Shown here piece after piece: positions 54,304-64,000 of a DNA stretch of 64,000 bases. The number at the start of each line of letters is the position of its first letter. The stretch's first letter is position 1. The notes beneath the pieces were generated by a model. The model searched no databases and was not told where the DNA came from. It was given only the letters and a program-made list of their open reading frames with translations. Where the stretch lies: NCBI GenBank assembly GCA_951406725.2, contig OX597826.1, forward strand, positions 14,818,001-14,882,000, read 5' to 3'. The translations under genes and the position numbers were made by a program. This DNA is from Octopus vulgaris (Eukaryota).

Positions 54304-55028
54304 GTGTGTGTGTGTGCAAAGGGGTGTATATGTCACGTAAGAACTGTAGCTTAATGATGATTGAGAAATATTAATATTGAGAAAGAAAACAACCAAAAAG
54401 ACAACAAATATTTCTCAATTACGATATTAAACGGGAATAAGAAAAATGCTGACGTAAAACAATAGCCGAAGCTATTCATATCACTAGGCTTTTTGAGATA
54501 ATTTAAGGAAATAATAGTTATTTGTAAGAGAGAATGAAACTGAGAGTGATGGATGTGGTCGGTGTTGAGGAATTTAATAAATTTCCTAATGGGAAAGCGT
54601 AAAATAATATAAATTCGGGGTGTTCATAAACTTACTGCGTGCTATAGTTTTGATAGCTAGATTTGTAATTAGAATTAACCGTCAATAGCTAATTAGTATT
54701 TCTAATTTGAGAGCTAAAACAATGATTGGAACAAAATATGACTTGCGGAAACTTTATTTCAAATGTTTTTTACGCCGCTATCAGATTATGCTGGGCGTCA
54801 TCGCAAAATGCCACGACATATTTTGATCTTTTTTTTTTTTTATTTATAAATAATATTGGCTACGAAGTGATTTTAGTTTCAAATTCTGTCCTCAATTTTT
54901 TTCACTTACTCTCCCTCACTCCCTCACTCCGTCTCTCTCTCTCTCTCTCTCTCTCGGTATTTTCCTTTCCCTTGTTTCACAATTACTGTATGCATAAACA
55001 AATACATAACTACGTATCCAAAGATATA

Positions 55029-55083
<55 letters not shown>

Positions 55084-55087
<4 letters not shown>

Positions 55088-55276
55088 GGATTTTACGTAA
55101 ATAAACAAAAGACGAAGGCAGGTGGAGTACAAACAAACAAATGTATTAGTGTAGCGCTCAGGAATAGATAAAGTCTTTTATGTTTCGAGCCTACGCTCTT
55201 CGACAGAAAGGGACACAGAAAAAAACAAGGAGAGAAAAAAATGCGTGTAGGAGCTAACGATCTATCATGGCGTCCT
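55084..55276 (-). mobile_element. Element P1 with hammerhead motif (U6 variant)
   Basis: Minus strand 55175-55210 reads cttt-CTGTCGA-AGAGC-gtag-GCTC-GAAAC-ATA-aaag. Abuts (TA)n. Confidence 0.7.
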
Positions 55277-55466
55277 ATGTATGTATGTATGTATGTATGT
55301 ATGTATGTATGTATGTATGTATGTATGTATGTATGTATGTATGCATATACACATATATACATACATATATTCGCGTATATGTATATGGGCACATATATAC
55401 GTGTGTGTATATATATATATGCGCGTGTGTGTGTGTATGTGTGTCTGTGTGTGTGTGTGTGTGTGT

Positions 55467-55777
55467 GGAGTCGCAATGGCCCAGTGGTTAGGACAGCGGA
55501 CTCGCGGTCGTAGGATCGCGGTTTCGATTCCCATACCAGGCGTTGTGAATGTTTATTGAGCGAAAACACCTAAAAGCTCCACGAGGCTCCGGCAGGGGAT
55601 GGTGGTGGCGATCCCTGCTGTACTCTATTACCACAACTTTCTCTCACTCTTTCCTCTGTTGGCCTGCTTCGCTTAGCCAGCGGGGTGGCGTCATTTGAAG
55701 GCTAAAGCAATGCGAAGCGCATTGTGACCAGCGATGTGTATCAACATCTGATAACCTGGTCGGTCACGGTGATCACG

Positions 55778-55782
<5 letters not shown>
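55467..55782 (+). mobile_element. SINE family A, tail type 3
   Basis: Family A head; unique 3' part ending (cacggtgat)2. Confidence 0.88.
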
Positions 55783-55857
<75 letters not shown>

Positions 55858-56178
55858 TATGTGTGTGAGTATTAAACATATACGAATACACTCACGCACA
55901 AACTTTGTGGAGATGATAGCAAATCTGCATCCTCTGAAGAGGGTGTTCCCTTAACGCAGTTCTCTGGCGGATATTCAGCTTAACATAATTTATGACCAAG
56001 CTGTACTTCTGATTTACAGCTTCAATCCACAGTATGGGCTTCTATGCAGTTTCCGCCTAACTAATGTAAGGTTTGAAATGGGGCTGTATAAAATACCGTT
56101 TGCCCAAGATGACACACGCATTAGGATAGGACTGAACACTGTACCATGTGTTACATACCATGTGTGTGTGTATATATG

Positions 56179-56269
<91 letters not shown>

Positions 56270-56270
<1 letters not shown>

Positions 56271-56735
56271 CGTCGGCGACTAAACCGGCAACCCCGCCAT
56301 GCTTGCTTGGTGAGGAGGGTGTTTATTGGACACCCTGCGGGATGAAAAACAAAACCCGTCAAAGGGCGGAGGAACTCTTGAGAGTCAAAGGTCATCCAAT
56401 AAATGTCTTAAGGCTGTAATCATGCGCGGGGACATAGAAATAATCGAACTGAATACCCGATCGCGCGGTTAAACCATTGGGAGTGAAGGACTCCTAGCCT
56501 TTGTTAGGGCATCCCTCTAGGAGAAGGTAACTCAGGTAACTGGGATAACTCCGAAATATAACCTGCGGCTCAGTGGTTACCGATGATGTTGACTTGTTCT
56601 TCTTTTCGGATTGGATTGACTCAGTGCACAGCCGTTCCTCACTTAAAAAAAATCTTCTTGTCCAAGCATTGCACGATAACAACATTCATTAAGCTTCGTG
56701 CAATGGTCATACTCGATAACGAGGGGGCAGCCACC
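56270..56735 (+). mobile_element. Probable RTE-type LINE 5' UTR fragment
   Basis: GC-rich island with ggcatccctctaggagaaggtaactc, resembling RTE 5' UTR motifs (tctaggagaagg-aaactc). No ORF follows. Confidence 0.45.
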
Positions 56736-57193
56736 ATGTATGCATGTATGTATATGAGTGTATGAATGAATGTATGCAAGTATGCTGGCATGCATGAGAA
56801 AATATTTTCAACTTACTTCACAACTACGTGGAACCGTGTTCAATGCTTTTGCTTAGCATCTCAGGTAAATAACATTTTTATATAGTCCATGTCAAATCAT
56901 ACATTGGTTGGACGGAAACTACTTAGAAGGCACTTCAAAATGTACAGCCTGGTCATACACTGTGCCGCGCTGGTTATCTGCCAGAGAACTGCATTAAGGG
57001 ATCCTTTTCATTGGACGATGGAAGTCTGCCATCACCACCTACACCACCGTATTCTGTGCATGTTTGTGTGTGTATGTGTATGTGCATGTGTGTGCGTGTG
57101 TGTGCGTGTGTGCACATTGGTTTCAAATTTTGGCACAAGGCCAGTGATTTCTGGGGAGGAGGTAAGTCGATTACATCGACCCCAGTATTCAAG

Positions 57194-57601
57194 TGGCAGG
57201 TAGAAACGCTAGCACGCCGGGCGAAATGCTTAGCGGTATTTCGTCTGCCGTTACGTTCAGAGTTCAAATTCCGCCGAGGTCGACTTTGCCTTTCATCCTT
57301 TCGGGGTCGATAAATTAAGTACCAGTTACGCACTGGGGTCAACATAACCGACTTAATCCGTTTGTCTGTCATTGTTTGTCCTCTCTGTGTTTAGCCCTTT
57401 GTGGGTAGTAAAGAAATAGGTATTTCGTCTGCCGTTACGTTCTGAGTTCAAATTCCGCCGAGGTCGATTTTGCCTTTCATCCTTTCGGTGTCGATTAAAT
57501 AAGTACCAGTTACGCACTGGATTCGATATAATCGACTTAATCCGTTTGTCTGTCCTTGTTTTTTCGCTCTGTGTTTAGCCCCTTGTGGGTAGTAAAGAAA
57601 T
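57194..57601 (+). mobile_element. SINE family C dimer flanked by a ~220-bp direct duplication
   Basis: Junction gaaata|ggtatttcgtc at ~57418. Direct repeats at 56971-57191 and 57602-57816. Confidence 0.9.
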
Positions 57602-57692
57602 TGGTTATCTGCCAGAGAACTGCGTTAAGGGATCCTTTTCATTGGACGATGGAAGTCTGCCATCGCCACCCACACCACCGTATTATATGCGC

Positions 57693-57728
<36 letters not shown>

Positions 57729-58207
57729 GCGTGTGTGCACCTTGGTTTCAAATTTTGGCACAAGGCTAGGGATTTCTGGGGAGGAGGTAAGTCGATTACA
57801 TCGACTCCAGTATTCATATGGAACTTATTTTATCGACCCCTAGTGAGTTATAGGCAAAGTCGAACCCGGCTGTATTTGAACTAAGAACGGTAACGATTCT
57901 GCCAGCCCACCACCTAGTTAGTATGTATGTATATCCCAGTCAAGTGATCAATTAAATGAATTTCTTGTACCCTGTCGTTTACGTGACAAAGAATTCCACA
58001 TATATGAGTACCCTTTGCAGAATTCTTTGACGATATTGTGAGATATATACATATTTATTCTAACTTTTGGATATAACTGCATGCATGCTTTTCAGTGTGT
58101 GTATATAAACAAATATGTGTGCATACGTGTGTGTGTGTATATTTGTGTATGTGTATGAATGTATATGTATTGATGATACTGAAGTAATGACTCTACGTAG
58201 ACAATAA

Positions 58208-58253
<46 letters not shown>

Positions 58254-58427
58254 ATGAGATTCAGAGATTCTCCGTCTAGAAGACACGTGTAGTGCTCAAA
58301 AGATACGAACTCCGATGTCTTTACAGGGGATCTTTTCACAAGGTAAAGAAAAACGATAAGAGGGAGCATATACATATGTGTGTGTGTGTGAGTGTTTGTG
58401 TGTGTGTGCGTGTGTGTGTCTGCGCGC

Positions 58428-58520
<93 letters not shown>

Positions 58521-59061
58521 TGTGTGTGTGCTTGTGTGTGTGTGTATTTCTATGATGAAAGAGAAGCCGCTCTAGAGTAAAATCTGTATGTAAGTGACAT
58601 AACGTTCATGAATCATTGAAAAATCAAAAGCTACAGTTTTCGAATGAAAAAAAGATTTGTTTGTAAACGTATTCTGTTAAAAGAAAAACAATATACTTTA
58701 GAAATAGGTGAAAGGGAATCGCCCCGGATGAAGACTGCGTGAGTGATAGAAGGGCATTTCGTCGTTATTGCAGCTTGTCAATGCCACGTACTCATAACAC
58801 TTTCAAAATAAAAATGAAACGTTGGATGCTGCGGCAACGCTATGAACTGTTGAATCTTCCCAGTATTTATTTCATTCTGGTACATAGTTTACCCCACAAA
58901 ATACCTTCTGTGCCATAGAGCAAAACACAAAAGCTAGTGGGTTGTAAGGTCCCTATATATATTGCCTGAATGTTGAAATTTGCATCAGAGCAAAAAAAAG
59001 AACTAACCCTAAACATTGAGAAGTTATGATCCATCCGTCTCCTAACACATAGAGTAACATA

Positions 59062-59443
59062 GGAGGCGCAATGGCCCAGTGGTTAGGGCAGCGGACTCGC
59101 GGTCATAGGATCGCGGTTTCGATTCCCAGACCGGGCGTTATGAGTGTTTATTGAGCGAAAACACCTAAAGCTCCACGAGGCTCCGGCAGGGGATGGTGGT
59201 GATCCCTGCTGTACTCTTTCACCACAACTTTCTCTCACTCTTACTTCCTGTTTCTGTTGTACCTGTATTTCAAAGGGCCGGCCTTGTCACTCTCTGTGTC
59301 ACGCTGAATATCCCCGAGAACTACATTAAGGGTACACGTGTCTGTGGAGTGCTCAGCCACTTACACGTTAATTTCACGAGCAAGCTGTTCCGTTGATTCG
59401 GATCAACCGGAACCCTCGTCGTCGTAACCGACGGAATGCTTCC
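59062..59443 (+). mobile_element. SINE family A, tail type 2, full length
   Basis: TSD agagtaaca at 59051-59059 and 59444-59452. Confidence 0.92.
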
Positions 59444-59719
59444 AGAGTAACAAAGAAGGTACTACAAAAAGTCATTTGGAAGCAGAATTTGCACTCACAC
59501 AACATGACTGTGTATATGCTTGTGTGTTTGTGTGTGTATATAATATGTATGTGTGTGTGTGTTGAGTGTGTATATGCATACGCTTGTATGTAAATATGTA
59601 TAATTTTATGTGTGTGCATGCGTGAATATAACGTATGTATTACGTTTGTATACACATGCTTGTATGTATGCATATATGTGAGTTTATACATATACATAAG
59701 CAATTTGAATGCATGCCTG

Positions 59720-60151
59720 GATATACACATACATACTTACAAAGATACATACACACATACACACACATACACATACATACATACATACATATATACATAC
59801 ATACATACATACATACATGCATACATACATACATATGCATACATACATGCATGCATACATACATACATACATATATACATACATGCACACATACATGCAT
59901 GCATGCATACATACATACATACATGCATGCATATATACATACATACATACGTACACATACATACATACATGCATATATGCATGCATGCATGCACATACAT
60001 ACATACATGTATACATACATGCATATATACATACATACAAACATACATACATACATACATACATACATACACATACATACATACATGCATGCACATACAT
60101 ACAAACATACATACATACGTACATACATACATACATACATACATACATACA

Positions 60152-60182
<31 letters not shown>

Positions 60183-60195
60183 GCATACATACATA
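59720..60195. repeat. (TACA/TGCA)n microsatellite
   Basis: Direct reading. Confidence 0.95.
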
Positions 60196-61680
60196 TTTTC
60201 CCACACACAAAATGAGTTACAGAAATAGGATCAAATAAGTATTGATTAATTTAATTCGGTCATATAATCTAGCAATTCTAATTATTGTCAGCAGTTAAGA
60301 ATAATTTACGTTAATAAGATTGGGTTTCGCCATATTGAACTTGTATGAATCTCGCTATCAATCTTCCTGGTGGCCATTTTCCTACTAAATCAATGTAGAA
60401 TCATACAGCTTGGCATCTACAAGTCTTATATCACGAATGTTTCTTTTGCTGATTTTTTATGATTTTTAATAATTGATGTTATTGCTCCCCCGGTTGCTTT
60501 CCACTTCTTGTTGCTGCTCTTGTTGTTGTTTTTAATTATTGTTGTTACTGCTGCTGCTGCTGTTATTGCTGTTGCTGCTGCTGCTGCTGTTGTTGTTGTT
60601 GCTATTGTTATTGTAGTTGTTGTTGTTGTAGTTGTTATTGTTGTTGCTGCTGTTGTTGCGTTTACGGTTGTTTAAACGAGATCGACTCTAATTGAACTGA
60701 GCTGTGATCAAAGGCATTTCAGCCGTGGTCGTCTTTTGGCGCTCAAGATTAAGGTCAAGCTTAGTGTTTGGGTGAGGTTTGAATTATTTAACACTGTTAT
60801 GTTATTTGTTCGTTTCTATTAACTTAGGATATAACGTGAGGGAGATTTATTTGCAATTCATAGAACATTGAGCCAACACGAAACCCTGCCACGTTTGCTC
60901 ATCAAAGTCTTCGACTTTGTCATTATCATCGTTTTTATTGTTACTGTTCCTGTTGGTAGTCGTAGCGCTACATGTGTGACTATGCTTTTGGCTGTAGTAA
61001 TATCATTTCTGATCGGTCTTTACTCCTTCTCGGCCGCATATTTCTTGTCCCCCTTCTGAGAGTTGTTTTTCTTTGGTTTCATTAAAGAAGTGCATCAGAA
61101 TCAGTAGAGCTTTTCAATATCAAATCAGGGTTCTTAATATTCTTAGTTCAAATCCTACCGGAATGTACTTCATCTTTCATCCATCTGGAGAAACCACTGA
61201 AGGAAACCAATGCAAACTTAGCACCGGGGTCGATTAGTCAATATTCTAAGTCTTGCATCAGTTGCGGTATTTGCTTATATATTTCTTCAATCAAAGTTCA
61301 AATCCCACCAAGTTCGATCTTGACTTTCATCCCTCCAGTATCGATAAAAGCAAATATCAGTGATGTATTGGGGGTGATATAATCACCTAATCCATCTAAC
61401 TTCATCCATTAATTTCTAGTCTTGTGCCTATGTGCATATTTGAGTGTGGTTTTATATATATATATATATATATATACACATACATATATATATATATATA
61501 TGTGTGTGTCTGTATATGTGTATGTATGTATGTATATATATATGTATATATATACATACATACATATATATATATATGTGTGTATGTGTGTCTGTGTATG
61601 TATATATATATATATTTATATATATGTGTGCATGCATCTATATATATATATCTATATTTGAGTAGGTGTATATGAGTATG

Positions 61681-61720
<40 letters not shown>

Positions 61721-61739
61721 CAGTAAAGCAAGTAGCCGC

Positions 61740-62046
61740 ATCAAAGTGGCAGTTGAATGTTACTACTAGTTTAACCACAGGCGGATTGCCCGCCAGCTGG
61801 TTTTCGGTGCAACCTCTGCACCCTTTATATACAATATATCGCTAGCAGGGGGAGCGAACCCCTACAACTCCTCAGCAGCTAATCGGAACGCAGGGTAGGC
61901 CAGTTTCAAGCTATTTGGCTCACATCAGCCACGCGCACCTGCTAGCGATATACTGTATTTAAAGGGTGCAGAGCTTACACCGAAAACCAGCAGGGGAAGA
62001 ATCCGCCTCGGTTAAACTAGTAGTTACATTTACCTGCCGCTTTGAT
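61740..62046. repeat. Inverted repeat (~110-bp arms, ~85-bp spacer) between TA tracts, degenerate hammerhead in spacer
   Basis: atcaaagtggcag...atcgctagcagg mirrored at 61938-62046. Spacer minus strand CTGATGT-GAGC-caaata-GCTT-GAAAC. Confidence 0.8.
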
Positions 62047-62410
62047 CTACTTCTTCTTGAGATTTTATTACTATATATATATATATATATATATTATAAT
62101 GAGGGAGGCCGGTTTATGGGGTTACCCTGGGTGTCTCGCTCATACGGGGTTTAGCCTTATGGCATATCTTCAGACCCCAAACACTGCTGACCTAAATCCA
62201 CTTTAAAATATGGAGGAGGAATATATACGTTTTTATTATTATTTTGTAATTTACTTAATCATCGGTATATTATTGTTATTTTATTTTTAATATTTCTATT
62301 ATATGTAATTTTCTAGATGGTATAGTTTAATTGTTCTTTTTGAATTGATAAAAGGTGTTTTTTCCTAATTTATATATATATATATATATATATTACAGAG
62401 ATGTACTGGA

Positions 62411-62575
62411 ACGAAAACAATTGCAGCGTGGAAGGTGTTTATAAGCCATTTAAGAAACACACAAAAGCCGTTCGATTCACTTCAACATTTAAATTTAATT
62501 TTTCAAAATATTTTCGTCGCTTTGAGACCGCGACCTGTTCACTGACAAAACTTCGTGATGCAGCACGAAGTTTAC
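62411..62575 (-). mobile_element. Element P4 single arm with G3-C8 hammerhead motif and terminal hairpin
   Basis: Matches 10726-10869. Minus strand tttgtca-GTGAACA-G-GTCGC-ggtctcaaa-GCGAC-GAA-AATATT-T-tga. Hairpin aaacttcgtg-atgcag-cacgaagttt. Confidence 0.75.
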
Positions 62576-63193
62576 ATACGCCAACAAAAACAGCAAGTCT
62601 ACTAAATACAGACCCATAACGATGTGTTCATATCAAAAGTTAAAATTAGCAACCAAATGCGCGCTTAAATGACGCTCAACGGCTTTGTTGAAATATAATA
62701 TAACACTAGATATACATTGTAAACTTAGGTATTTAAAAAGGTTGGATCCCATGGATCGTTCGACTTGGATAACGAGACTCATTGTCAGTGCTGACCTCAA
62801 GATAAACCGAAGCAACAACAACGATAAATCTACCCACTTTGTTCATATAAATGTAATAAGTCTTCGATAATGCGAAGTACTTAAAACTCCTTGGTCTATT
62901 ATTATTTTCGTAAGCAATGATAGATTCTGTTCAGCTTTCATTAAACCTTCAGACCCTCTCAACTCTTAAATCTTCGATTTTGATCCAATGCTGTGATTAT
63001 TAATCGTCTCTGCTGTCTCTTTCTTTAATAACAGAGCAATGAAAGTACAAAAGACTTGACCACGAATTGTTATTAATATAGTTTCAAACGACTTCTTTAA
63101 CTTATGCTTTCTTCCTGCGGTTTTCTCTGCTCCATCTTCTCTGATCTATCTCTTCGCTTTATTGAATGTACTGTATAATTTCTTAATTGCCAG

Positions 63194-63415
63194 TTCTTTT
63201 ATTCTTTTATTCTTATACTTGTTTCAGTCATTTGACTGCGGCCATGCTGGAGCACCGCCTTTAGCCGAGCAAATCGATCCCAGGGCTTATTCTTTGTAAG
63301 CCTGGTATTTATATAATATCGGTATCTTTTTCCAAACCACTAAGTCTCGGGTGCGTATATATACCAGCATCGGTTGTCAAGCGATGGTGGGGGGGGGGGG
63401 CAAACACAGACACAT

Positions 63416-63458
<43 letters not shown>

Positions 63459-63661
63459 CGTGTGTGTGTGTATATATGTATGTATATGTATATATACACG
63501 ACAAGCTTCTTTCAGTTTCCGTCTACCACACCCACTGACAAGGCTTTGGTCGGCACGAGGCTATAATAGAACACACTTGTCCAAGGTGTCACGCAGTGGG
63601 GCCGAACGCGGAACTAAGTGTTTGAGAAACAAGCGTCTTACCACGCGGCTGCGCCTGCGCC
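63194..63661 (-). mobile_element. SINE family B, full length, diverged
   Basis: Aligns with the other family B copies. Confidence 0.88.
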
Positions 63662-63714
63662 TTAACTATCTGTATATATCTAGTATTATTTTCTACTATG
63701 TAGTCTACAATAAT

Positions 63715-63845
63715 AGTCCAGCGGTTAGGAATGCGGGACTTATGATCGTTAGATTGTGTGTTCGATTCATGGACCGGGTGGCACGTTGCGTCTTTGGGTA
63801 AGACATTCCATTTCATGTTACTTCTTCCAACTTAGCTGAAAATAA
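63715..63845 (+). mobile_element. Degraded tRNA-derived SINE head with CORE/V-like segment
   Basis: gtccagcggttagg...gttcgattc...gtctttgggtaagaca. Confidence 0.5.
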
Positions 63846-64000
63846 ATACGTTCAACAGCTGGAAATGAAACCACCCAGTGACGGTTTAATCGTTTAAATG
63901 CCACGGGAACTGAGATAAGCTCCAGCTTAATGAGTCCTCTGGTTCGAAATATAGCTTTAACTGAGCTAATTATTAAATGAATGTTGACTTAATTAAATAA

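Noticed and set aside
59062-59135. tRNA-Arg-like gene
   Set aside because: The acceptor stem does not close and the sequence continues into a SINE body with a TSD.
62580-63190. Possible Penelope ORF adjacent to element P4
   Set aside because: The frames I translated contain stops and I recognised no motif.

Overview
AT-rich eukaryotic intergenic or intronic DNA, almost entirely microsatellites and transposon debris. The tRNA-derived SINE families and microsatellite density suggest a cephalopod (octopus-like) genome; this is an inference. I found no intact host protein-coding gene, no CRISPR array and no true tRNA. Recognisable coding relics: a degraded CR1-type LINE (30.2-32.8 kb), a Tx1/L1 3' end inside (GATA)n, Helitron Rep and Pif1 helicase fragments in opposite orientations, a Tc1/mariner transposase relic, a Penelope GIY-YIG fragment, and R4/Dong-like and RTE fragments. 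Three SINE superfamilies occur in many copies. The most interesting signal is a dense set of short non-coding elements, mostly in (TA)n tracts, that carry minimal hammerhead-ribozyme motifs. Some have family-fixed core variants (G3-C8 swap, U6, C4) and several form fold-back palindromes, which fits non-autonomous Penelope-like or retrozyme-like elements. One 2.5 kb member has an inverted repeat whose mismatches are mostly G.U-compatible on the ribozyme strand, a possible fossil of ADAR hyper-editing. All coordinates and counts were read by eye.
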